This document shows, in pieces, positions 45,869-54,573 of a stretch of DNA of 64,000 bases. Made by a program: the position numbers and the translations under genes. This stretch comes from Candidatus Omnitrophota bacterium. Lineage in GTDB: Bacteria > Omnitrophota > Gorgyraeia > Zapsychrales > Fredricksoniimonadaceae. The stretch's first letter is position 1, and each line of letters begins with the position of its first letter. The notes beneath the pieces are model-generated. The model saw only the letters and a list, made by a program, of their open reading frames with translations. It did not search any database and was not told where the DNA came from. The stretch covers positions 472,991-536,990 of the forward strand of contig JBGAJA010000002.1 of NCBI GenBank assembly GCA_044225175.1, written 5' to 3'.

Positions 45869-47010
45869 GAATATGCACTAGCTGTATGATCCCTGAAACG
45901 CACGAGACTATTGTGTATGACGGCAAGGGGACATGTAATATTTGCCGCCAACATACATTTAAAGAAGAAAACATAGATTGGACAAAAAGGGAGCAGGAAT
46001 TTTTAACTCTCATAGAACAGTATCGGGGCAAATATGATTATGATTGTCTGGTCCCTTTTAGCGGAGGAAAAGACAGTACATTCACCCTATACACCTTAAT
46101 TAAAAAATATAAGTTAAGACCCTTGGTAGTCAGTTACGATCATCATTTCTATCGTCCAAATATGTTGCGTAATGTGGACAAGACATTGCGGGCACTCGGT
46201 GCTGATTACCTTAAGTTTCGTACCAATTGGAAGGTTGTTCGTAAAGTAATGTTGGAAAGTTTTTTGCGTAAAGGTGATTTTTGTTGGCATTGCCATTCGG
46301 GAATTTTTGCTTACCCTATGCAAATTGCAGTCAAATTCAAGGTCCCCTTAGTCATTTGGGGCGAACCTAGTGCGGAATATACCAGTTATTATGCACACGA
46401 TGAAATGGAAGAGGTTGATGAAAAACGTTTTAATATGTGGGTGAATCTTGGAATTACAGCACAAGATATGGCAGGTATGATTAATGTTGACGTACGTGAA
46501 TTGGATTCCTTCAATTATCCACCATTGAAAGATCTTAAGGCCATTAAATGTCGTTCTGTCTGTTTGGGAAGTTATATTCCTTGGGATGTTAAAACACAGT
46601 CAGAAACAATTATGAAAGAATTAGGCTGGCAAGGCGATGAGGTTGAAGGTGTTCCACCTGAATATTCTTACGAAAAGATCGAATGCATGATGCAAGGAGT
46701 GCGTGACTATATCAAGTTTATTAAACGCGGGTATGCTAGAGTTTCTCACTTGACCTCGATTGATATTCGTAATCACCGTATCAGCCGCGAAGAAGCTGGA
46801 CGCTTGGTTAAAGAGTATGAAGGTAAGAGGCCACAAACTTTAGATTTATTCTTGAAAATGATCGAAATGTCTGAGGAAGAGTTTATGCAAATAGCTTTAA
46901 GTCATGGGGTTAATCCATACAAACATGATCCTTCTACGACAAAGTTAGGTAAAAGATTGCATGATCAAAATGAATGGGATTGGAGTGATTTGAATGATAG
47001 TCGTCGTTGA
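45865..47010 (+). CDS. N-acetyl-sugar amidotransferase (PP-loop ATPase; PseA/WbuX/LfnA family)
   Basis: N-terminal Cys-rich zinc ribbon (CTSC...CNIC) followed by SGGKDST PP-loop. Confidence 0.75.
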   Translation: MRICTSCMIPETHETIVYDGKGTCNICRQHTFKEENIDWTKREQEFLTLIEQYRGKYDYDCLVPFSGGKDSTFTLYTLIKKYKLRPLVVSYDHHFYRPNMLRNVDKTLRALGADYLKFRTNWKVVRKVMLESFLRKGDFCWHCHSGIFAYPMQIAVKFKVPLVIWGEPSAEYTSYYAHDEMEEVDEKRFNMWVNLGITAQDMAGMINVDVRELDSFNYPPLKDLKAIKCRSVCLGSYIPWDVKTQSETIMKELGWQGDEVEGVPPEYSYEKIECMMQGVRDYIKFIKRGYARVSHLTSIDIRNHRISREEAGRLVKEYEGKRPQTLDLFLKMIEMSEEEFMQIALSHGVNPYKHDPSTTKLGKRLHDQNEWDWSDLNDSRR

Positions 47011-47620
47011 TTATGGTATGGGAAACTTACATTCGGTTAGCAAAGCATTAGAGACGGTTGGAGCTGATGTCAAAATTTCTGGTTCATCAGAAGATCTCAA
47101 AGATGCTTCTGCGATTGTTTTGCCAGGAGTTGGTGCTTTTGGAGAGGGCATGCAGCAATTGAAGGATCGTGGTCTTATCTCTGCTCTCAATCAAGAAGTG
47201 CGTATCAACAAGAAACCATTCTTAGGAATTTGTTTAGGAATGCAGTTAACGGCAACTCTGGGTCAAGAGTATGGGCCATGTGAAGGATTAGGATGGTTTG
47301 ATGCTCAGGTTGTAAGGTTTCCTGTGATGTCCCGTGAATACAAAATCCCGCATATGGGGTGGAATGATGTAGAGTTGACAACCACTAGTCCGTTGTTTAA
47401 TCGATTAAAATCACCAACAGCATTTTATTTTGTGCATAGTTTTCATTTTGAACCTAAAGATCAGTCAGTTGTTGTTGCGCGATGTTCCCATGGTATTGAG
47501 TTCGTGGCAGCGGTCAGTCGTGAGAATATCCATTTAGTACAATTTCATCCAGAAAAGAGTCAGGACAAAGGTTTGCAGGTTTTAGAGAATTTTGTAGATT
47601 TAGCGAGAGCGGTATGTTGA
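46994..47620 (+). CDS. imidazole-glycerol-phosphate-synthase HisH-like glutamine amidotransferase paralog (WbuY-like)
   Basis: MIVVVDYGMGNLHSV...GICLGMQ class-I GATase motifs. Confidence 0.8.
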   Translation: MIVVVDYGMGNLHSVSKALETVGADVKISGSSEDLKDASAIVLPGVGAFGEGMQQLKDRGLISALNQEVRINKKPFLGICLGMQLTATLGQEYGPCEGLGWFDAQVVRFPVMSREYKIPHMGWNDVELTTTSPLFNRLKSPTAFYFVHSFHFEPKDQSVVVARCSHGIEFVAAVSRENIHLVQFHPEKSQDKGLQVLENFVDLARAVC

Positions 47621-48372
47621 AGAATCGAATCATTCCTATTCTGCTTTTAAAGCATGGCCGCTGTGTCAAAGGAAAACAGTTTAAAGATTTTCGGGATACT
47701 GGTGCTCCTGTCACTGCAGCTAAGGTCTATGATGCTCAGCGTGTGGATGAATTGATGTTTCTCGATATTTTAGCTAGTAGAGAAGAGAGAGATATGTTGT
47801 TAGATATTGTGACGGAAACAGCTCAGGTATGTTTTATGCCTTTGGCTGTGGGTGGTGGGATTAAGAGCATTGAAGATATGAAAACACTTTTTGCAGCTGG
47901 AGCAGATAAGGTGGTTATTAATACAGCTGCTGTGGAAAATTCTTTGCTGATTGCGGAAGCTTCCAAATATTTCGGCAAGGCCAATATTGTAGTTTCCATT
48001 GATTATCGCCTTGATGCAGAAGGCAAGCGGGAAGTCTATACGCATGCTGGTTCGCAGGCGACGGGACTAGAGGCTTTTGAATGGGCATTAAAAGTGCAGG
48101 AGTTAGGTGCGGGAGAACTTGTAGTAACATCCATTGATCGAGAAGGAATGATGAAAGGTTATGACTTGGAGTTTATTCGAAAGGTGAGCGAAAGTCTTGA
48201 TATCCCTGTAATTGCGCATGGTGGCGTTGGATCTTTGCAGGATTTAAAAGAAGGAATCACGATTGGTAAAGCATCAGGTATTGCTGCAGCCAGCATTTTT
48301 CATTTTACGGATCAAAGTCCTATCAAGGCTCGATGGTATTTAAAAGATGCTGGGGTCAATGTGAGGCTGTAA
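47614..48372 (+). CDS. HisF-like cyclase paralog (WbuZ-like)
   Basis: RIIPxLLL...GGGI HisF TIM-barrel motifs. Confidence 0.8.
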   Translation: MLKNRIIPILLLKHGRCVKGKQFKDFRDTGAPVTAAKVYDAQRVDELMFLDILASREERDMLLDIVTETAQVCFMPLAVGGGIKSIEDMKTLFAAGADKVVINTAAVENSLLIAEASKYFGKANIVVSIDYRLDAEGKREVYTHAGSQATGLEAFEWALKVQELGAGELVVTSIDREGMMKGYDLEFIRKVSESLDIPVIAHGGVGSLQDLKEGITIGKASGIAAASIFHFTDQSPIKARWYLKDAGVNVRL

Positions 48373-48412
48373 CAAATTCTAGGAATATTGGAAATTAGGT
48401 TAGAGTACAATA

Positions 48413-50149
48413 ATGAATTTCTTACAAAAGAATAGATATATAGGTAAGTTAATTACAACAACTCCCCATTGGCAATGGATTGTTTTTTTACAAATTGTCA
48501 GCGGTACTTTAGGTGTGGTAGGTTTACCGCTATTGGTGCCAGTACTTAATTATCTGAAAGAAGCAGGAGCAGGCCCTCAAGGGAACTCTCAGGTACTGGC
48601 TATTTTAGAACATGTATTGCGTACCTGTGGTTTTGAGGTGAATTTTAATACAGTTTTGGCAACAGCCGCGGTATTAATCTTTACATCACAAGCTTTAGTG
48701 TTTGTTTCTAATTTAATTGCCGCTAATGCGCAAACGGTTCTGTGCGAACGTTACCGTATGGCTATTTTGCGAGCCTACGGGGATGCCCAATGGCTGGCAT
48801 TGATCAGTCATCGTACGGGGGAAGTGAATTATACGGTTTTACAAGAAACTATTTCAGCTTCTGTTGCGCATTTGAATGCACAGCGTGTTTTAATCAATGT
48901 CATTCAAGTGATTATGCTGCTATTAGTTGCACTGGGTTTGTCTGTTACTGTTACGCTGATAGCTTTTGTAGTCTATGGATTGATGATGATGATGGCCACA
49001 ACCAACGCGGCCTCAGTGCAGCGTTTAGCTAAAGACTATAATGCTCATTTTAAAGGGTTAGCCAATGATATGGCGGTATTGCAGCAAAATCGTAAATTTC
49101 TTAAAACAGCATTAAGGCATCAGGGGTTTATTAATGATATTCATAAGCGAATTGTGACTCTCAAAGATAATATTATTCGTCAGAACATCCGTATTGAGGG
49201 CCAGCAGTTACTGAGTTTAAGTTTGGCAACATGTTTTTTGGTTGGTTTGATGTTTTTTCATGATCAGCTGCATTTAAGTTATGCAGTTTTGCTGTTGGTT
49301 TTATTTGTTTTTCTAAGACTAGCGCCTCAATTTGCTGCTTTGTCAGTGGCTTATGCCACACTGGACAGCAACATTCCCATGCACCATTCCTTGAAAGAGA
49401 GAATTAATCTGTTATGCCAAGCTGTAGAAAGTAGTGGTCCACGGCTTTTTGACTCAACGCAGGACATTCGTTTCAGTGATGTGGTATTTACCTATCCGGG
49501 AGGAAATATCGTTTTTGAAAAGATGAATGCCATCATTGAGCCATGTCGGACTACGGCATTTATCGGTCCTTCAGGAACAGGAAAATCGACGTTATTGGAT
49601 TTATTATTGGGTCTTTTGGCGCCGCAGAGTGGGGTCATTTATTACGGAAATGTTTCCCACGATGAATTGGACAAAGGTTCTTTACGTTCCCAAATTTCTT
49701 ATGTAAGCCAGGATACAACGTTGATTGATGGGACTATCAAGGATAATTTGACCATTGGGGCTATGACTGTTGATGAGAGTATGATCAATGACGTATTACA
49801 TAAGGTTGGCTTGTTTGATTATGTTCAGAATTTATCGGAAGGTTTAAATACATCCATTGGTGAGAACGGAGTTAATTTGTCTGGTGGTCAGCGACAGCGT
49901 TTGGCCATTGCCCGGGCACTTCTAAGTGCCCCAAGAATCTTAATTCTCGATGAAGCCACGAGCGCTTTGGATAATACTACAGAGAAAATAATCCATGAAA
50001 CCCTAGGACTTCTTAAACATCAGTTAACAATTATTGTCATAACTCACCGAGTTCATATGGTCAGCGGTTTTGATCGTATTTATCGTCTAGAAGAGGGCGG
50101 CACTTGTAGCGTAGTAACGCAGGCAATGCTTTTGGGGAAAAATATATGA
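48413..50149 (+). CDS. ABC exporter, fused permease + ATPase (MsbA/lipid-A-flippase class)
   Basis: N-terminal 6-TM domain; Walker A GPSGTGKST, LSGGQRQR signature, ILDEATSALD Walker B. Confidence 0.8.
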   Translation: MNFLQKNRYIGKLITTTPHWQWIVFLQIVSGTLGVVGLPLLVPVLNYLKEAGAGPQGNSQVLAILEHVLRTCGFEVNFNTVLATAAVLIFTSQALVFVSNLIAANAQTVLCERYRMAILRAYGDAQWLALISHRTGEVNYTVLQETISASVAHLNAQRVLINVIQVIMLLLVALGLSVTVTLIAFVVYGLMMMMATTNAASVQRLAKDYNAHFKGLANDMAVLQQNRKFLKTALRHQGFINDIHKRIVTLKDNIIRQNIRIEGQQLLSLSLATCFLVGLMFFHDQLHLSYAVLLLVLFVFLRLAPQFAALSVAYATLDSNIPMHHSLKERINLLCQAVESSGPRLFDSTQDIRFSDVVFTYPGGNIVFEKMNAIIEPCRTTAFIGPSGTGKSTLLDLLLGLLAPQSGVIYYGNVSHDELDKGSLRSQISYVSQDTTLIDGTIKDNLTIGAMTVDESMINDVLHKVGLFDYVQNLSEGLNTSIGENGVNLSGGQRQRLAIARALLSAPRILILDEATSALDNTTEKIIHETLGLLKHQLTIIVITHRVHMVSGFDRIYRLEEGGTCSVVTQAMLLGKNI

Positions 50150-50754
50150 GTAAATTATTTTCTTTTCGAGGGATCCATTATCGGAACATCTATTTTTATA
50201 ATTTGATAACTATATTAAAATTAGGGAAAGACCGATATTTACGATACAAAATCGCTGCAAAGCATCTTGAAGGTGCGGGATCAGTTTTGGATATCTGTGC
50301 CGGTGAAGGAAAGTTAAAAGATTTTCTTCCTCCTGGAGTGCATTATACAGCAGTTGAAGCCGGGGAAAATTTTATTCGGATCCTTTCTCGTAAGAAGATT
50401 CCTTTTATTCAGAAAGATATTCATCAGGAAGAATTTAAGAGCATTGCCAAAGCAGACACTATTGTGATGCTTATTTCTTTATATCAGTTTCGAAAAACGT
50501 CTCTTGATTCCATCTTGGAAGAGTTTAAACATGTGGCTTCTCGTGTCGTGATTGTTGAAGAGGTTTTAAAGAATTCTCAAACAGAGGATTCGGTCTTTTT
50601 TCGTTTAATTAATTTTCTTTGTGCGACGGATTATTATGTACCTGTAGGTTTGTTTTCATTGTTGGAGTTTGAGGAAGTGATGAAAAAACACGGGTATAGG
50701 TATTATTCACAGGGACGCTATTGTATCGGTTTGTATGATGGCACCAAGGGGTAA
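50146..50754 (+). CDS. class-I SAM-dependent methyltransferase-like protein
   Basis: VLDICAGEGKL motif I. Confidence 0.4.
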   Translation: MSKLFSFRGIHYRNIYFYNLITILKLGKDRYLRYKIAAKHLEGAGSVLDICAGEGKLKDFLPPGVHYTAVEAGENFIRILSRKKIPFIQKDIHQEEFKSIAKADTIVMLISLYQFRKTSLDSILEEFKHVASRVVIVEEVLKNSQTEDSVFFRLINFLCATDYYVPVGLFSLLEFEEVMKKHGYRYYSQGRYCIGLYDGTKG

Positions 50755-50832
50755 ATGAATTCTTTATGAAATGTATCTATAGTAAGTATAAGGAGTTACG
50801 GTAATAGTAAAGATTTAGGCTTCATAAATTTC

Positions 50833-50860
50833 TTGACTTTCCAAAGGTGGCTTTTATAAT
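50833..50860 (+). promoter_or_regulatory. near-consensus sigma70 promoter (TTGACT-16-TATAAT) upstream of cysC
   Basis: ttgact at 50833-50838 and tataat at 50855-50860, within a 160-bp AT-rich intergenic gap. Confidence 0.45.
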
Positions 50861-50914
50861 TGTTCACGAATTGAACATTGAAGTTAAAATATGAATAAAA
50901 GTAAATGAAGGTGT

Positions 50915-51541
50915 GTGTTGGACCCCAAAATTTCTCCAAATATTTCCAAAATTACCCTCCAAGAGAGGGAAGCAAAAAATGGGCATAAAGGTTCTGTTAT
51001 ATGGCTAACTGGCCTGTCTGCTTCTGGGAAAAGCACCATTGCTCAAGGGCTTGCATCTAAACTTTTTGATCAAAATGTGAATGTCTATGTGCTAGATGGA
51101 GATAAAATTCGTACAGGCTTATGCCAAGACCTTAATTTTTCTCATGAAGATCGTACAGAAAACATTCGACGTATAGGAGAAGTGTCCAAATTATTTCTGG
51201 ATGCTGGAATGATTGTAATTGTCGCATTTATTTCTCCTTATTGCACAGATCGTGATAAAGCCCGGCACATGATAGATGCAGGGCGTTTTATTGAAGTTTT
51301 TGTGGATTGCCCCATTGAAGTGTGTGAGAAGCGCGATCCCAAAGGGCTTTATGCTAAAGCCCGTAATGGAGAGATTGCAGATTTTACCGGAATTTCCGCC
51401 CCTTACGAATTACCTCAAAATCCCGAAATTCATCTAAAGACCGACCAGATGAATATCACCCAGTGCATCGAAAAGATTCTTAATTATTTAAGGCAACAGA
51501 ACGTGTTAAAACAGCTGTTGGGTTCGACGAAACTCGATTAG
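50915..51541 (+). CDS. cysC: adenylyl-sulfate (APS) kinase; start codon GTG
   Basis: GSVIWLTGLSASGKSTIA P-loop; overall CysC length. Confidence 0.85.
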   Translation: MLDPKISPNISKITLQEREAKNGHKGSVIWLTGLSASGKSTIAQGLASKLFDQNVNVYVLDGDKIRTGLCQDLNFSHEDRTENIRRIGEVSKLFLDAGMIVIVAFISPYCTDRDKARHMIDAGRFIEVFVDCPIEVCEKRDPKGLYAKARNGEIADFTGISAPYELPQNPEIHLKTDQMNITQCIEKILNYLRQQNVLKQLLGSTKLD

Positions 51542-51549
51542 GAGAATTT

Positions 51550-53154
51550 TTGATGAAGTTTTTTATTCAGTTTACTACCTTGAATTATAAAATTCGCCAT
51601 GCGGCTGCTGTTGAATTAAGTAAGATCTATCCGGGTTCTACTTTTGCTGGCACAGTATCTTCCATCGAGAATGTTGCAGAAAAGTATCTTCTTGAACAAA
51701 GAGAGATTCATTACGAGTTTTTATTTGATCAAAGCCAAATTGTCAATGACGCATTGAAGGTTCCTGCGGATGTTCAACTGTTAAAAAACTTTGAAGAAAC
51801 ATTGCCCGAGAAAAGTCTTTGGCGATTTTTTGCAATGGACCGTAATTGGGGGTATCCATTTTTAAAGGGCGTGCTTTTACCTAATGTGTACATCCAGCGG
51901 ATTAGTACTCAAGACAATATCCTTAGGGTCGCTTCAGGGATCATTCGTTATTACACTGATATGATTGCACAATACCGGCCGGATGTTTTTATTCCCGCTG
52001 CTGGCCAGAACTCCATGTCTTGTCCTATTATTGATCAGATTTGTCAGAATTCAGGTATCCTTTACGTGATGCCAGAAATTATCCGCACACAGAATTATAT
52101 TACGATGACGGATAATCGCCAGTGCACCTTCCCTCAAGTTAATGATACCTATCGCAAATTGATGAATGGAACCCTCACGCTTGATCTATCTGTTGGCGAG
52201 AAAATGTATCATCAAATCATTTCTGATGTGAACAATACTCAATATTTCAATGTCTCTAAGATCGATCACTTAGCTTCCAAGTTTCCTTGGTTAAGATTTA
52301 TCAAGAAGTCACTGCGCTCCGTATGCTCTCAAATGATCCGCTGGCAAAAAGAAAAACCATTGCGTCAGGATTTAAGTACTATTTTTAGACAACCTAATGA
52401 CCTAAAGTCTTTTTTGTATAATCTTTATTATGTCGTGACTCGTGAATATAGAAGAATGCAATTGATGTCGGCTAAATTCTATACTCCTTTTGATCCTAAG
52501 CAGAAATATATATATTTTCCTTTGCACTGTAGCAATGAATATTCTACACAAGTGCAAGGTACAATGTGGACAGCCCAGTTGCCTGTGATTGAAGCGTTGG
52601 CTAAAAGTATTCCTTTTGATTGGAAGCTGGTGATTAAGGAACACCCTGGAATGTTGATCTGGAGGGTCCGACCGGCTTCTTTTTATAAAGAAATCAAACA
52701 GTATTCTAACGTGGCCTTAATCCCAACAAATACGAACAGTAATACCGTTATTCAGCATGCTCAGATGATTGCGACTATTGTAGGCACAACAGGTTGGGAA
52801 GCTGTATTGAGAGAAAAGCCAGTCATTGCTTTTGAAGAAAATATGTTTGACGTTTTAGAACTTTCCCGTGTGTGTACGGATTTCAAAGAATTGTCTGTGG
52901 CTATTGCAGAGGAAAGCAAGCGGATCAAAGAAATTTCTTTTGAAGAGCGTAAAAAAAGGCTTATTTATCTTCTGACGGCAATTGCTAAACATTCTGTTTG
53001 GGTTGAAGATCCTTACAAAGTAACTGGAGATAATCCATGCGAAGTAGAAGAGTCTTTTGAAATAGGAAGTAAGATCGCTCACGCAATGAAAGAATTTATT
53101 GAATATAAACAAAACACTCATCGCGAGAAAATTTCCGATTTGTATTTGGTATAA
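51550..53154 (+). CDS. capsule-polysaccharide-biosynthesis (KpsS/KpsC/LpsZ-like, PF05159-type) putative glycosyltransferase
   Basis: YFPLHCSNEYSTQ...KEHP...IVGTTGWEAV blocks resemble KpsS/KpsC retaining glycosyltransferases. Tentative. Confidence 0.35.
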   Translation: MMKFFIQFTTLNYKIRHAAAVELSKIYPGSTFAGTVSSIENVAEKYLLEQREIHYEFLFDQSQIVNDALKVPADVQLLKNFEETLPEKSLWRFFAMDRNWGYPFLKGVLLPNVYIQRISTQDNILRVASGIIRYYTDMIAQYRPDVFIPAAGQNSMSCPIIDQICQNSGILYVMPEIIRTQNYITMTDNRQCTFPQVNDTYRKLMNGTLTLDLSVGEKMYHQIISDVNNTQYFNVSKIDHLASKFPWLRFIKKSLRSVCSQMIRWQKEKPLRQDLSTIFRQPNDLKSFLYNLYYVVTREYRRMQLMSAKFYTPFDPKQKYIYFPLHCSNEYSTQVQGTMWTAQLPVIEALAKSIPFDWKLVIKEHPGMLIWRVRPASFYKEIKQYSNVALIPTNTNSNTVIQHAQMIATIVGTTGWEAVLREKPVIAFEENMFDVLELSRVCTDFKELSVAIAEESKRIKEISFEERKKRLIYLLTAIAKHSVWVEDPYKVTGDNPCEVEESFEIGSKIAHAMKEFIEYKQNTHREKISDLYLV

Positions 53155-53162
53155 GATTTATT

Positions 53163-53864
53163 ATGTTTAAATCGAAAAGAATTTTAGCGTTCATCGGTGC
53201 CCGGGCTGGGTCTAAAGGGCTTAAGAACAAGAACATTGTTAATTTTGCCGGGAAACCTTTGATCGTTTGGACGATTAAAGCCGCCCTTGGTTCTAAATAC
53301 ATTGATCGGACAATTGTATCAACCGATGGGGAACAAATTGCCAAGATCGCCAGAGAAGCGGGTGCCGATGCTCCTTTTTTACGACCCAAGAAAATGGCCC
53401 AGGATCATTCTTTGATTCAGACGGCTTTGGAGCACTGTTTGGTATGGCTCAATAAGCATGAACATCAGAATTACGATTACTTGCTTTGTCTTCAGCCGAC
53501 ATCTCCTCTGAGAACTGTACGACACATTGATGAGGCTATAGAGTACTACTTTAGGAATAAACAAAGTAATCAAGATTCTTTGGTTTCTGTGGTGAAGCCC
53601 TCCGAGAAGCTAGGATGGCTTATGGAAAAAAACAAGGCGGGGTACGTTCATTTTGCTTTTGATATTAAGGGACAAAAGTTTCGTCGTCAGAATATACCCG
53701 ACTATTATTTGCCTAATGGAGCAATCTTTTTAGCGCCAATTAAGAGTCTCAAAGTTGCAGGATTTTATACCGCTCATACCATACCATTTGTTATGAAGAC
53801 AGAAGTTTCGATAGATATTGATACTAAAGAAGACCTTAAAAAGGCGGAAAGATTTTGTGAGTGA
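53163..53864 (+). CDS. neuA: acylneuraminate cytidylyltransferase (CMP-nonulosonate synthetase, NeuA/LegF-like)
   Basis: ILAFIGARAGSKGLKNKN N-terminal signature of CMP-NeuAc synthetases. Confidence 0.75.
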   Translation: MFKSKRILAFIGARAGSKGLKNKNIVNFAGKPLIVWTIKAALGSKYIDRTIVSTDGEQIAKIAREAGADAPFLRPKKMAQDHSLIQTALEHCLVWLNKHEHQNYDYLLCLQPTSPLRTVRHIDEAIEYYFRNKQSNQDSLVSVVKPSEKLGWLMEKNKAGYVHFAFDIKGQKFRRQNIPDYYLPNGAIFLAPIKSLKVAGFYTAHTIPFVMKTEVSIDIDTKEDLKKAERFCE

Positions 53865-54573
53865 TTCAAAATTGATATCAGTTATCTTGCCGACTTACAA
53901 TGAGAAAGGGAATATTATTTCTCTTATCGATGCCATTCATGAAGAGCTGAAGAAATATTCTCATGAGATAGTAGTGGTTGACGATAATAGTCCTGATGGG
54001 ACTTATAGAGCGATTGCGGATCTTAACTACCCGTATGTTAAGGCGATTTTACGGACCGAGAATCGTGGGTTTGCTAATTCGATTCGATGTGGATTAGAAA
54101 ATACCAAAGGCGATGTTTTAATTGTGATGGATTCAGATTTTAATCATAGTCCAAGTTATCTTCCCTTTATGATTGATAATTTAAAGTATTATGATTGCGT
54201 GACCGCTTCCCGATTTTTGTACGGCGGGAGTATGGACAGTCGTATTCGCCATTTGTGCAGCTGGATTTTTAATATTTTTGTCCGCATCATGACCGGTGGA
54301 AGCATTACTGACAGTCTTTACGGATTCTTCTCTATTAAACGGAAAATTATAGAACAATGCAATTATGATGATATTTTTTGGGGATATGGAGATTACTGCA
54401 TTCGGCTTTTATATTTTTTGCAAATAAAAAATACTAACGTATTACAATTTCCCGCTATCAATGGAAAACGTAGACAAGGGGAAGGTAATAGCCGTTTTAT
54501 TAAAGTGTTTTTGCAGTATTTTACTGAGGTCGTTAAATTTTCTTACAGGATTAGGATAAAAAAAAATGTATAA
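53818..54573 (+). CDS. family-2 glycosyltransferase
   Basis: ISVILPTYNE...VVVDDNSPDGT...MDSDF GT-A motifs. Confidence 0.7.
   Translation: MILKKTLKRRKDFVSDSKLISVILPTYNEKGNIISLIDAIHEELKKYSHEIVVVDDNSPDGTYRAIADLNYPYVKAILRTENRGFANSIRCGLENTKGDVLIVMDSDFNHSPSYLPFMIDNLKYYDCVTASRFLYGGSMDSRIRHLCSWIFNIFVRIMTGGSITDSLYGFFSIKRKIIEQCNYDDIFWGYGDYCIRLLYFLQIKNTNVLQFPAINGKRRQGEGNSRFIKVFLQYFTEVVKFSYRIRIKKNV

Noticed and set aside
46994-48372. A histidine biosynthesis operon fragment (hisH-hisF)
   Set aside because: There is no hisA, hisB, hisD or hisI nearby. The pair is fused into a glycan operon directly after a PseA/WbuX-like amidotransferase, the known context for pathway-dedicated paralogs.
50146-50754. 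ORF 50146..50754 as the missing sulfotransferase partner of cysC
   Set aside because: It has a class-I SAM-methyltransferase glycine-rich motif (VLDICAGEG) and lacks PAPS-binding PKxGTT/RDP-type motifs, so it is more likely a methyltransferase.
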